NCBI GenBank assembly: GCA_965113315.1
Contig: OZ220367.1
Direction: 5' to 3' (one strand)
DNA length: 64,000 nucleotides
Source of the DNA: Podarcis vaucheri
Lineage: Eukaryota
The notes below the pieces were generated by a model. That model ran no database searches. It was not told the DNA's origin and saw only the letters and a program-made list of their open reading frames with translations. The translations under genes and the position numbers were made by a program. This document shows, piece after piece, positions 1-13,136 of this stretch. Numbering within the stretch: the first letter of the stretch is position 1; the number at the start of each line of letters is the position of its first letter.

Positions 1-821
1 GCTCAAGAACTACCGCCCCATATCACTGCTTAATGTGGATTATAAATTTTTTGCAGATATTTTGGCCAAAAGTTTAAAAAAGGTGTTAGCAGAAGAAATT
101 CATAAAGATCAAGCGGGTTTTCCCGGGCAGACATTTGTCTGACAATACGAGGAACATAATTAATATTTTAGAAAAACTACAAGTGAAGATTAATACTAAA
201 GCAGTTTTGATATTTGTGGACGTGGAGAAAGCCTTTGACAATATTTCTTGGAGTTTTATGAAGAAGAATTTACAGGGGATGGGGGTTGGTCAAGGTTTTG
301 AAAATAGTATAGGTGCAATTTATTCAGAACAAAAGGCTAAATTAATTGTGAATAATGTAGTGACGGAAGAATTTAAGATCGAGAAAGGAACACGACAAGG
401 TTGCCCAATCTCTCCATTGCTTTTTATATTGGTCCTGGAGGTTTTGTTAAATATGATTAGAAGGGACCAATTGGTTAAAGGTATACAAGTGGGAGCTAAA
501 CAGTACAAACTGAAAGCATTTGCTGATGATTTGGTATTGACTTTACAGGAGCCAGAATCTAGCACTAAAAGAGTACTGGGATTTATTCAAGAATTTGGTC
601 AGGTTGCAGGCTTTAAGTTGAACAAGATGAAAACTAAGGTTTTAGAGAAAAATCTAACTGTGATTGAGAGAGATAAGTTTCAGAAGGAGACAGGATTAAC
701 ACTGGTTAAGAAAGTGAAATATTTAGGGGTTAACATGACTGCTAAGAATGTGAATTTATTTAAGGATAACTGAAAAATGTTGGACTGAAGTGAAAAAGGA
801 CTTAGAAATATGGTCAAACTT
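1..821 (+). mobile_element. Older host L1 LINE, left part (RT region of ORF2; runs off the window edge)
   Basis: ORF 135-773 has RT motifs EKAFD, GTRQGCPISP, FADD and YLG. There are apparent small deletions near 121 and 770 relative to the nested copy. The sequence resumes at 7048 after the TSD. Confidence 0.93.
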
Positions 822-1240
822 ACTTCCGGAGGCGGCGCGAAACGAGTAATGGCGGTCCTCTTTGCGCAGCAAAGAGGGGCTCCGCAGGAAAGGGTTGTTC
901 GCTACGGCGAAGCGACGACCCATTAAGTTAAACCACGAGCAGAGTGAGCTCGTGGCCGTGGGATCCGGCGGGCACCGAGAGCGACCCCCAAAACGAAGAA
1001 GGGACCCCGTAAGGGGCTCCGGAAGCGCGGAGGGGAAGCGGTGCTGTGGATTCATCGCTCTTTCTGCGGGAGTGAAGCCGCGCGGCTGTTACCGATGAGC
1101 GCCGACCTTTCTTCCTTCACATTGGATTACAAATTAACTACTCGTGAGTAGGATTTATTTGAGATTGGATTACAAATTGTGAATTCGGCTGAAAGCGGGA
1201 GACGAGAAAAAGGAAGTCCGTCTCCCGGAGGTGCTTAATG
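822..1240 (+). promoter_or_regulatory. L1 internal CpG-rich promoter in the 5'UTR
   Basis: High CpG density against a depleted background; ETS-like ACTTCCGG at 822-829; YY1-like AATGGCGG at 848-855. Confidence 0.6.
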
Positions 1241-1842
1241 ATCAAAGGCAAAGGAACTGACAAGCTGGAAGCAGTACAAAAGGGTTTTTAAATGAGAGAC
1301 AGCATACGTCTGGAGAAGTTTGGAAATTGAAGGGAAAGGCAAGTTATCTTTATTTTTCTGTGATCGTGTCTATTCTGTTTGGGGTTTCTTCTCCGCTAAA
1401 ACCTTTAAAAACTTTAAAGACTTGAAAATCCCTAGTCCCGGACTTGCAGCGGGCAAAAAGTTGTGTTGCGGATACACTTACAAAGCTGAAACAGATACTT
1501 AGAGGCATTACCGGTGGATACAATTAAGTAACTGTATTTTGCACCTTTTAAGAAACTATTGTGGCAAAACTGAGAGGGCTCTGCCAGAGGGAAAAGATCT
1601 TCTCTAATAGACACTGATTAATTTAACTAACTGTAGGAACTTTAATGGCGACTGAAACTTTGTTTCTTCTTTCATGAACTGAACAACACTCCCCCTAGTG
1701 GAGTTTGGGATTTACAATTTCCTGAGAACTGACTTTGTTTTGTCTCTCTGTGGTCTGGTTACTCACTCTGAGGCCTGTCTTTCCCATGGAACTTTTGACA
1801 GCTTGACCTTGAATCCAAAGACAGGTGTGGAATGAGTGTGGA

Positions 1843-2892
1843 ATGAGTGGTAAACCAAAAACAAGAGCTGCGTCGAAAGCAGGGAAAGGCAAATTGGTAC
1901 AAACAACTTTGGTTTCCCAGGCCCGCAGATCTTCAGTCCCTGCGGTACTACAGGCTGTACCATTACCAACAACCCCAGCTGAAGAATCAGAACAATCAAC
2001 AAGTGAAGATATGGCAGCTGGGGGATCCAACATTCTCCTAGAGGAAATGCTACAACAATTTGCAATTTTGAACAAAAAAGTGGATGACCAAACTGCAAAA
2101 ATTGACTTAGCCACATCCTCAATTACCAAACTTTCTGAACAGGTGGCTAAGCATTCACAAGACATTGGAAACCTAAAGGACGTGGTATCCGAGAATCGAA
2201 AATTTGCCGAGGCTGCGAATGAAAAAGTAGAAGCAGTAACTAAAGAAGTGGAGGAACTGAAAGGAGAGGTAAGGCCGCTCCATAAACATATTACTGACCA
2301 GCAGGCCTATCTGTCTTTGGTGGAACTGCGAAACAGGGAAAATAATTTGAGATTACGCTCTATCCCAGAGATTGAGAAAGAGGACTTGATTGGCTTTTTA
2401 ACAGCAGAATTTTCTAAATTCTGGGGTATAAACGAAGATACAGACTTTAAAATAACAACTGCATTTAGACTGGGAAGGGTTGCCGGGAAGGACAGACCTA
2501 GAGACTGTTTGATTATTTTAAGGACTAAGCAGGAGAGAGACAAGATACTCGACCTACATTTCAATAAAGCACTTGTGATCCAGGAAAGAAGAGCACAAAT
2601 CTACAAGGATATTCCTAAACAATTACTGGATCTAAGATCTAACTACACTGACCTAGCTGGACTTTTGAGAGGTAACGGAATACCTTACAGGTGGGAGTTC
2701 CCACAAGGCCTCTCATTCAAATACAAAGGAAAGAAGATAAAAATCAAAACGAAAGAGGATAGCCAGAAGTTCCTACACGACCACGGAGAAGACTTGCAGA
2801 AAGGAGCGGCAGCTATTTGGCCACCACCAGAGTCAGGAAAAGAGTTACCACCTTCGGATTTGGACAAAAAAGAAGACACCCAACAAGAGTAA
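1843..2892 (+). CDS. L1 ORF1p (coiled coil plus RRM/CTD-like RNA chaperone)
   Basis: Open frame 1825-2892 with first ATG at 1843 (MSGKPK). Heptad-rich region followed by RNRENNLRLRSIPE, FRLG...PRDCLI, IYKD and WEFP motifs. Ends 17 nt before ORF2. Confidence 0.9.
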   Translation: MSGKPKTRAASKAGKGKLVQTTLVSQARRSSVPAVLQAVPLPTTPAEESEQSTSEDMAAGGSNILLEEMLQQFAILNKKVDDQTAKIDLATSSITKLSEQVAKHSQDIGNLKDVVSENRKFAEAANEKVEAVTKEVEELKGEVRPLHKHITDQQAYLSLVELRNRENNLRLRSIPEIEKEDLIGFLTAEFSKFWGINEDTDFKITTAFRLGRVAGKDRPRDCLIILRTKQERDKILDLHFNKALVIQERRAQIYKDIPKQLLDLRSNYTDLAGLLRGNGIPYRWEFPQGLSFKYKGKKIKIKTKEDSQKFLHDHGEDLQKGAAAIWPPPESGKELPPSDLDKKEDTQQE

Positions 2893-2909
2893 CAACAGAT
2901 TGACACAGG

Positions 2910-5900
2910 ATGTCTCTGCAGCTGTATAGTTGGAACATTAACGGCGCGAATTCCCCAGAAAAACGCAAAAGGATCTTCCACATCCTAAAGAAAGAGAATT
3001 TGGATATAATTTGTTTGCAAGAAACCCATGTGACCAGGTCACACAGGAAGGTGTTAACAAATAAAAGATTAGGCCAAGAATTTATTTCATCAGATAGAGT
3101 CAAGAAGAGAGGCGTGGTGATTTATGCCAAAGAGAATCTATCACCAAAATTTTTGTTTAAAGATGAACAAGGAAGAACCCTGGCTATTGAAATTTCGACC
3201 CAAGGAGAAAAAGTTTTGATATTAGGAATCTATGCACCAAATGAGGGGAAATCAGAATTTTATAAGAAGCTGCATGAGACACTACTGGACTATCTGGACT
3301 ATTCCAACATCATTATGATGGGAGATATGAATGGGGTCGTCTCTACTTTGATGGATAAGTCACAGAATCAGAATCTGACTAAAGATGGAAGACTACCAAA
3401 AACTTTCTTTGAACTAACTGACAATATGGACCTAATTGATTTATGGAGGACGAGAAACCCCCTAGGTAAAGAAGGAACTTTCTTTTCTGAGGCCCACCTG
3501 TCATGGACAAGAATCGACCAAATCTGGGCAACTAGAGGGCTGGCACCTAAGACTACAAAAATAGAAATCTGCCCAAAGACTTGCTCCGACCATAACGCCT
3601 TGAAAATGGAAATGAGATTTACTACTGCCGACTCCTTCAGATGGAAAATGAATGACAACCTGTTAAGAGATCAAGAGATCGTAAAGAAGGCCCAAAAAAC
3701 TTTAAAGGATTATTTTGAAATTAACTTGAATACCTCGGTGGAAAAAAGAATTATCTGGGACGCAAGCAAAGCTGTTATGAGAGGGTTTCTGATACAACAG
3801 AATACAATCAAGAAAAAACTTTGGAATAGTAAAAAAGACAAGATATTGGAGAAGATAAGTGATGGAGAGAAAAAATTAAGAGTGAATCCAAAATCAAAAG
3901 AGACTTTAAGAGAAATCAAATTTCACCAGTCACAATATGCGAAATTGATTAACCAAGAAGTGGAATGGAAAATCAAACAAATGAAACAAAGATCTTTTGA
4001 ATCTGCGAACAAATGTGGGAAACTGCTCGCTTGGCAGTTGAAAAAGAGACAAAAATTAAATTATGTCACCAACTTAGAGGTTGAAGGGAAAAACATTCAG
4101 AAACCGGGAGAAATTAGAAGGTGTTTCCAGAAATACTTTAAAAAACTGTACACACAAGAATCCGAGGAAGCAACTGAGATAGAACAATTCTTGAAAGATA
4201 ACGGCCTACCAAAATTATCTCAAGAGAAGAGATCAATCTTGAATTGTAAAATAACACAACAGGAAATCGAGGATGCCATTCAGAATATGCAACTAGGCAA
4301 ATCTCCGGGTCCTGATGGACTCACCTCCAAGTACTACAGGATTTTAAAAGACTATTTGATACAACCATCAATGGAGGTTTGCAACCAGATTATGGGGGGA
4401 GGGAGGGCACCAGATACGTGGAAAGAAGCATTCATCACACTGATACCTAAAGTGGAAACTGAAAAGACTCAACTCAAGAACTACCGCCCCATCTCACTCC
4501 TAAACGTGGATTACAAAATATTTGCGGATGTTTTGGCTAACAGATTTAAAAAAGTACTAAATGAAGTAATCCATAAGGACCAAGCAGGCTTTCTCCCAGG
4601 TAGACATTTGTATGATAATACCAGGAACATTATCGATATTCTGGAACTTTTACAAACAAATATTAACACCAAAGCAGTGTTAATCTTTATTGATGCGGAG
4701 AAGGCCTTTGACAACATTTCTTGGAAATTTATGAAGAAAAACTTGGAAGGGATGGGAGTGTGAAGGGGGTTTGAGAATGGAATAGAGGCAATCTATTCAG
4801 AACAAAAAGCTAAGTTGATAGTGAACAATGTGGTGACAGAAGAACTTCATATTGAAAAAGGAACACGCCAGGGGTGCCCCCTATCCCCTCTGTTGTTTAT
4901 TTCAGTCCTGGAGGTTTTGCTGAATATGATAAGGGAGGATCGGCAGGTACAAGGAATACGGGTCGGAGCGAAACAATATAAACTGAAAGCATTTGCAGAT
5001 GACTTGGTTTTAACATTACAGGAGCCAGAACCTAGTACAAAAAGAGTTTTGGAATTGATTCAGAAATTTGGTCGGGTGGCGGGTTTTAAGCTGAACAAAC
5101 AAAAAACTAAGGTGTTAGGGAAAAACTTGACGGTTACTGAAACAGAGGGGTTTCAGAAGGAAACAGAACTAAACATTGTTAAAAAAGTGAAATACCTGGG
5201 GGTCAATCTGTCTTCTAAGAATTTGAATCTATTTAAAGATAACTATGAAAAATGCTGGTCAGAAGTCAAAAAAGATTTAGAAATTTGGTCAAGATTGAAA
5301 CTATCCTTGTTAGGCCGAATTGCAGCTATAAAAATGAACGTTTTGCCAAAAATGTTGTTTTTGTTCCAGGCCTTGCAGATTGTGGACAGAGTGGATTGTT
5401 TCGGAAAGTGGCAGAAGGACATTTCTAAATTTGTCTGGCAGGGCAAAAAGCCCCGAATAAAGTTTAAAATACTAACTGATGCAAAGGAGAGAGGGGGGTT
5501 TGCCCTGCCGGACTTAAGGTTATACTATGAAGCTGCGGCCTTCTGCTGGATGAAAGATTGGATTTTATTGGAAAACACTGATGTCCTAGATCTGGAAGGC
5601 TTTAATAATTCGTTAGGATGGCATGCGTATTTGTGGTATGACAAGGGGAAAACATATGGAATGTTTAAAAACCATATTGTCAGAAAAGCAATATTTATGG
5701 TCTGGAAAAAATACAAAGACTTATTGGAAAGTAAAACCCCGAGGTGGATTTCACCAATAGAGGCCAAAGCTCGGAAAACATCCAATATGGAGGCATATTG
5801 GCCGAAATATTGGGAAATAATAGAAAACATTGGAGGTAATTGGAGGTTGCAGAGCTTTGAAAAATTAAAGGATAAGGTGCAAAATTGGCTACATTATGCC

Positions 5901-6650
5901 CAAATTAATGAGGTTTTTAAGCTAGATAAAAAAATAGGATTCCAGGTGGAAAAATCGAAACTTGAGACAGAGTTGTTAGAACCAAAGACCAAGGTAATAT
6001 CGAGAATGTACAACTTGCTGCTTAAATGGAACACTCAGGATGAGACAGTTAAATCAGCCATGATAAAATGGGCTCAAGACATTGGTTACAATATTATGTC
6101 TGAGGACTGGGAAAGGTTATGGACCACCGGTATGAAGTTTACGGCATGTAATGCCTTGAAAGAAAACATTATGAAAATGGTATACAGGTGGTACATGACC
6201 CCAGTCAAGCTCGCTAAGATATACCATTTGTCTGATAATAAATGTTGGAAATGCAAGGAGGCTGAAGGGACATTCTTTCACCTCTGGTGGACTTGTCCAA
6301 GATTGAAGGCCTTTTGGGAAATGATCTATAACGAGTTAAAAAAGGTGTTTAAGTACACCTTTCCCAAGAAACCAGAGGCCTTCCTTCTGGGCATTGTCGG
6401 CCAGAAGGTGTTAAAAAAGGATAGAACTTCTTTTATGTATGCTACAACTGCAGCAAGAATTCTTATCGCCAAGCATTGGAAGACCCAAGATTTGCCCACA
6501 CTGGAGGAGTGGCAGACGCAATTGATGAACTACATGGAACTGGCCGAGATGACTGCAAGAATCCGAGACCTGGGAGAAGAGGCAATGGAGGAGGACTGGA
6601 AAAAATTTAAAGACTATTTGCAAAAGTATTATAAGCTGTATGAAACATAA
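2910..6650 (+). pseudogene. L1 ORF2p (APE endonuclease, RT, CCHC) with one in-frame TGA at 4761-4763
   Basis: ORFs 2910-4763 and 4815-6650 share a frame (1247 codons in total). Motifs: SWNING, LQETH, GDMN, SDH, PGPDG, YRPISLLN, FADD, CWKC...HLWWTC. The host copy has Gly at the stop position. Confidence 0.94.
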
Positions 6651-7047
6651 GACGTCGTATGATTTGGAACGTTAGCCCCAGCAATGAAATTTAATTATCT
6701 ATGAAATTGCTAACATTTGTGAAAGAATCAAAGTTTAAATGGGTAAAAATGATATTTTTAGAGTAAATGGAGAATAAGAGATCTAAACTTAAATTGCAAC
6801 TGAAAATATAAAGAAACACACGAAATAAGGGTATAATTTGCTGATGACTTTATTATCAAGAATGCATTATGCGGGAGATGTGGGGAAGTCCAATGGAAAT
6901 TTGAAATAAGCTATTGAAATGGATGTGATTTTCTGTTCTTTTTCCTTTTTTTTCTTCTATTCTGCTTTTTCTTTCTGTTCTTTCTGTAATTTGGAAAAAT
7001 GTAATAAAAATTATTATAAAAAAAAAAAAAGAAATATGGTCAAACTT

Positions 7048-8828
7048 GAAGTTATCACTGTTAGGCCGAATTGCTGTGATAAAAATGAACGTATTGCCAA
7101 GGATGCTGTTTCTGTTTCAAACATTGCAAATTTTGGACAAAATGGACTGTTTCAAGAAGTGGCAGAGAGACATCTCTGGCAGGGCAAGAAGCCTCGAATA
7201 AAATTTATGATATTAACTGATGCTAAAGAAAGAGGTGGATTTGCCCTGCCAGACCTTAAAGTTTATTATGAATCAGCCGCCTTTTGTTGGCTGAGAGAAT
7301 GGCTGCTTCTTGAAAACACTGATGTATTGGATTTGGAAGGTTTCAACAATGTATTTGGTTGGCATGCATATCTGTGGTATGATAAGGTTAAAGCACACAA
7401 AGCTTTTAAAAACCATATTGTCAGAAAAGCACTGTTTAATGTCTGGATAAGATATAAGGATATAAGATATAAGGAAATTAAACCCCAAGATGGCTGTCAC
7501 CAATGGAAGCAAAGGCTCAGAAAAAACTCAATATGGAGGCCAAATGGCCGAAGTATTGGGAAATTCTGGAACAAGAGGGAGACAGATTAAAACTGCAGAG
7601 TTTTGAAAAATTAAAAAACAGAGTGCAAGACTGGCTCCATTATTATCAAATAATTGAGGCATATAATTTGGACAAAAAACTAGGCTTCCAGGTGGAAAAA
7701 TCAAAATTGGAAACAGAATTGTTAGACCCCAAAGTTAAGAATCTGTCAAGAATGTATAACTTGCTGTTGAAATGGAATACTCAAGATGAAACGGTGAAAT
7801 CTGCTATGATTAAATGGGCACAAGATGTTGGACATAACATTATGATGGCTGACTGGGAACAGTTATGGACCACAGGTATGAAGTTTACGGCATGTAATGC
7901 CTTAAAAGAGAATCTAATGAAAATGATCTACAGGTGGTACATAACACCAGTCAAGCTTGCAAAAATCTATCATTTGCCCGATAATAAATGCTGGGAATGT
8001 AATGAGACTGAAGGTACATTCTTTCACCTTTGGTGGACATGCCCAAGGATTAAGAATTTCTGGGAGATGATTTATAATGAAATGAAAAAGGTATTTAAAT
8101 ATACCTTCCTGAAGAAACCAGAGGCCTTTCTCCTGGGCATGGTCGGTCAATTGGTGCCAAAGAAGGATAGAACTTTCTTTATGTATGCTACAACAGCAGC
8201 AAGAATACTTATCGCAAAGCATTGGAAGACACAAGATCTACCCACCCGGGAAGAATGGCAGATGAAGCTGATGGACTACATGGAATTGGCGGAAATGACT
8301 GGCAGAATCCGAGACCAGGGAGAAGAGTCGGTGGAAGAAGATTGGAAAAAAATTAAAGTATATCTACAGAAATATTGCAAAATTAATGAATGTTAGAAGG
8401 ATGCTGGAATGAAGTTATATGGCTTTAGCAGAAATGTTATAAAGAATTAAGTAAAAATAGATTGTTAATGGGCCAAAGTAGAAAATTTAAGGTTAGATTG
8501 TGTTAAGATAGATTATAGAACAAAAATTGAGAGAGATGGAAAGGATTTGCTGAAATAGCTAATTGAACTAGAATACAAAAAAGGGAGGTGTGAGGAGGTC
8601 GAAACAAGTAATTGAAAGATAAAGATACGGAAACAATGGATGTGTTTTTAAATGTTTTTGTTTTTCTTGTTGTTTTGCTGTATTGTTTTCTTTTTTTGTT
8701 TTATCTTCTTTTTTCTTCTCTGATGTATTGTAAGGTATTGTTTTGTTTTGTTTAACTTTTCATTGTTCCTTTTTTCTGTAATCTTTAAACCTCTAATAAA
8801 TATTATTTTTTAAAAAATAATAATAATA
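7048..8828 (+). mobile_element. Older host L1 LINE, right part (3' ORF2, 3'UTR, tail)
   Basis: Continues EIWSNL-KLSLLGRIA across the TSD. ORF 7503-8396 is homologous to the nested ORF2 C-terminus (CWEC...HLWWTC). Deletion near 7172 and short tandem duplication near 7447-7474. AATAAA at 8795-8800, then an A/TAA tail. Confidence 0.93.
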
Positions 8829-9930
8829 GAGCAGCTTAATGTGCTTACTCTACCAATACCCAAAGGAATTGCCATTTACGTAAGAATGGCAATCCTGTAA
8901 TTAATTGTTCATGTCTATCTGCTTTGAAGATGTCATGTAGGATCATGAATGCAGTTGCCTACCTAGACTCCAAATGAAACCAACATTCATTTGAAAACAC
9001 TAAAGTAAAAGTAGCATCTAGAGATGAGAAACGTCCCCTTGGACTCATTTCAGAGAGGTGACTCATTCCCTATTATTATTATTGTTCATCCTTAATTTTA
9101 AAACATGCCACAAACCCATCAATTCACGACACTAAGGGCAGTGATAAGCTTCTTGTCTGCATACTAGTGATTAGAACTAACTGGGCTTCATGCTTTCAGC
9201 TCTATTGTTCACTGATCCATGGGCTAATATAGCAGAGTCATGCCTGTGTTGTATTCTACCATAAGCAGACTTAAGTTTTCTCAACAGTCTGTAGCTGAAT
9301 AATACTAATCAAATTCATGATCAAACTACTCATTGTAAACAGCTTCATAATTTTATATTTAAATACCAAGAGCAAGGGGAGCAGTGAAAGAGTGCTACCA
9401 TACCATTGTCATTAAAGTCAACATTCAGTTTGCTATGATTTTATTTAAGCATACAGCACATTTAAGAAGCGCTTTGCCCGTTCTCTAATCTCCTCATGCT
9501 TCTTTTCTATGACAGAGAGAAGACGCAATTGCAAAGACTAACTAGAATAAGAAATATATTCAAAACTGGCTTTCTTAAAATTAATTTTATCAATTTATTC
9601 TGTGACAAGAAATTGCCAATCTGAATTCTTTTTATGGTCTCCATTACATATTAGCTCTTGCCAAAGAAGGTGAAAAAGCAGACAGGTCAGAATGTACATG
9701 AGGTCAGAACGAAAAGGAAAATTCATGTCAATATGGCAATCTGCTGTGTTAAAAATAATTGCACTAAGTTTTATGGTAGCATTAAAAGTTCAATACTAGG
9801 TACTACTGAGAAAACCAAGGGGACAATTACTTAATTTAATTCTTTTACCAAATTAAAATTCATATATCTACATCAAACTGTCTCAGATTTTGGAAAGCTT
9901 CTATAGTTCATATTTAATCCACAGGAAGCT

Positions 9931-10101
9931 AGGATTCAGCTATACAGCTGCGAATAAAATGTTTTAAATGTGTTTTAAGTGCAATATACAATGTGACACT
10001 AGATGGAGATGGTGAACCTTATGGAAAATTCAATGAATTTTTAAAAACGCTTTTTTAAAAAGCACTTTCAGAACAGTTTTTATATGTGTATAATTCCACC
10101 T
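9931..10101. mobile_element. Old MITE, possibly PIF/Harbinger-like
   Basis: Similar in inverted orientation to 34409-34601 (ends GGATTCAGCTATAC and GTGTATAATTCCACC). Confidence 0.45.
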
Positions 10102-10474
10102 GAGTTTGCTCTCTGCAATTAAACACATTAATACACATATAGTGTTTTGAAGAGCAAGAAAGTGTTGTGTGGATGAGAAGTGAGGAAGAAAGGTAATAAT
10201 TCCTTTTGGTAGAGATCCTGTGCTGGACCACTCATTTCTCTCCAATCTGTGCTTTTGATATGCTCCACTCTTTTTACTATAATTCTTAAAGCTAGAAGCT
10301 AGTAAACGATGTTCATACCTCAGTTATTTATTCTTCAGATTCTGCATATTTATCCTGCTTTCCTGGAAGTACTCCACACAGCAATACACCTCAAAGCTCA
10401 TTATTTCCATGTCATCATTGTACAAGCACTGGAAACATATTTGAGATGGATGTTCCTCATCATTAGGTGCCTGT

Positions 10475-10781
10475 CTGAGGTGGGGAACCTCAGGACTCCC
10501 TATCCCGCTCTTCGGACTGCCTCCAGATGACAAACCACTGACTGGCCCTGCTCCACGCCCTCCCAGAATGCCTTTGCATTTCGCTTTGCTCAAGGAGCTG
10601 TGACCAAGCCTCTTGCATACCAGTCTGACTTCTGCATGGCTGGAATGTAGCCTTTTGTACAGCGGTAATAGTCACATGACTTCTCTGCCTAATTTTGCAT
10701 CCATGACCACCACTGACATGTAACCCCAGATTACCCAGAAAGGAATTCTGCCCTCAGACTGAAGAAGGTTCCCCACCCTTG
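10475..10781. mobile_element. hAT-like MITE
   Basis: Inverted termini GGTGGGGAACCT and AGGTTCCCCACC. Confidence 0.55.
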
Positions 10782-13080
10782 ATTCAGCCCATTGTCCCAA
10801 AAGCTGATCATCCAGTGCTCAAAAATTTGCAGCTAAATGTGTGAACCAATATTCAATTATTATCATTTCTGTAAGGGTTTGATGTACAGTGTCTATTTTA
10901 CACACACCAACGAGTGCTTCAGGTTGCAGCTCTGCTTGCAGATATGCACATGAGAGTTACATGAGTTTTAAAACAGGCATCATGTCATCCTCTTTGGCAA
11001 AAGTGACAAGACATGAATGAGCCTTGCAACCCAAGTTTGAAACCACAGAGGTAGGTAGGGATTGTCTAAGCAGGTACATATAACCACTGCATTAAGAAGT
11101 ACCCAGAACACCTTAGCTACTGAGTAGCTAAATCAGCAAGTACTGCAACCCCCAGGGCTGGCCCATCCATGAGGCAAACTGAAGCAACTGCCTCAGACAG
11201 CAGGATCTACAGAGGCCGCAGATCCGGCTTCTATGGAATGCAGCACCCTCTGCAGAGTTGGAAGCAACAGAGGTGATGCATTCCTTGGAGACCTGATTGG
11301 AGCCTGCCCCCAATGCTGCCTCTACAGTGGCCTCTTGGCCAATAGGAGGCACTGCTTTTGTCTTGCCACTGATGTTCCTGGTGTAGATTTTCACGCACCG
11401 CTTCTTCCCTGGTGGGGAGGCCTGCACCATTTTGTGGTTTGCCTGAGATGAAAAAAGTCTTGGGCTTGCCCTGCCAACCCCCATTCCTGCAGCCAGACTG
11501 GCCAAGAATTGTTGACCCCGATTGTAAAGCATTACAAATAACCTTATATTATTGTACCAAAAGAGAAAGAGAGAGAGATTTGGCAAAAGTAGGAAGGTAA
11601 AGAAGATTCACACATTCATTAAAATTTCAGCAAGTAGAAACCCCCAGGTATACTTCATACATATAAAACTGCATTAATCAATGCTTAAAAGGCAACTAAA
11701 AATCCAAAAACTCACTCACTGGTGACAGCTATATTTCCTTCTTTGTACAAGAGTTTCCTATGAGGAAAAGATATTGTATCCTGGGTTGCTAATTCTTTAT
11801 TTTATCACCTTCATATATGTGAACTACTAAAAAGACTTCTGCTTGCTTCTTAGAGCCCCGTCTTCATAGCATATCTCCTGTCACTTGACAGCAGCAAACA
11901 CATTTAGAACAAACCAACAAAGGATAGTGCCTGTGAAAAGAAGAATCCATTTCAGCCAAAAAGCAACAGGATAAAGGAAACCTCAATGCATAAGATGAGA
12001 TTGCTCTACTAATGCAAGATTTTAAGCAGCGTATCAGCTGGTGATTGCTTCAAGTCAGGAAGACGCCTAATTTGGGCCAGTACTGTAACCATAGTTGTCT
12101 TGCAATATTCTTTACATGGGGCTGGGGAGTGGAGGGGGGGAGTGGTTCAGGCTAGTTTCTCTCACACAAAGAAAAGAATAGGTACCTGCACATTTTGCCT
12201 CCTATTTCAGATTCTACAATTGCAGCAGACTAATTCCCACCCCCACCTCTCAAAGTTGGGAATCGGGAGGTTTTGGTTCATTTAGGAGATACACCTCCAA
12301 TAGATATCCACAGTCTTCCTTTGCACATCACACAATTTTCATACATCACTCAGATGTGGTAATTACACCACGCTATAAAATACTGGAAAGTCTTCGGTCT
12401 CTCTCTGTGTCCAAAAATTGGAATCTTAAACAAGACAGCTGCAAGAATTTTCTGACTCCATCCAGATACAACTAAGTCCTGTACTACTTTGTGGCTTTAT
12501 TTATTTATTTATTTTATTTGTATGCATTGCATTTGCCCTTTTTTGGGCGGGGAGGGGTGTAATGGCCAGTTAAACTAAAAATATACTGACACCATCCACA
12601 GAAGCATCCAATTTTGGTACTAGTACTAGTATTCTCGAGGGTCTATTACATCCCTAAATGCATGCAATTCTTCATTTTTTAAAATAAAAAAATGCCATTC
12701 TTGTGAAGAACTTTCCCAGGCTTTCTGTTAACAAGTACATGTGTATAAAACAGTGTAATCAGAACATCTGCATTACCTAGGATGGTCCACATAGTTAAGT
12801 GTTGGGAAAGCTGTATTGCAAATGTGAGATAAGTGGAAACAAAATGGATTGTGATTACACACATCCTTCAGTGGTCTTACAGATATAGCAGTGGCAAAAA
12901 AGAAAGTCTAAAGCTATTTTAAAAATGCTTTTAAAACTATAAAAATGTTTTTAAAACTAATTCCTAGCTACATTGCCATTGAAATAACCTTCTTCCAAGT
13001 ACTCTGGCACCATTCCATAAATATGACCAAGAAAGGCAAAGGTGAACAAGAATAACTATTACAGTTACATCATAGTGTAA

Positions 13081-13136
<56 letters not shown>
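13081..13136. repeat. (GAAA)n microsatellite
   Basis: Directly visible tandem repeat. Confidence 0.95.

Larger units (their letters stand above)
822..7030 (+). mobile_element. Full-length young L1-clade LINE (about 6.2 kb) nested in another L1
   Basis: CpG-rich 5'UTR, ORF1, ORF2, AATAAA at 7003-7008 and A13 at 7018-7030. Perfect TSD GAAATATGGTCAAACTT at 805-821 and 7031-7047. The site CTT/AGAAA resembles the L1 endonuclease consensus TT/AAAA. Confidence 0.96.

Noticed and set aside
756-1098. ORFs 756-1055 (-) and 862-1098 (+) as ORF0-like or upstream ORFs
   Set aside because: Expected by chance in a GC-rich 5'UTR. One runs out of the element into the host and the other lacks an ATG start.
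6919-7590. 223-aa ORF
   Set aside because: Chimera of the guest 3'UTR, poly(A), TSD and frameshifted host ORF2.
11720-11757. 38-nt minus-strand exon-like segment with good splice sites
   Set aside because: Too short to identify, no recognisable peptide and no supported partner exon.
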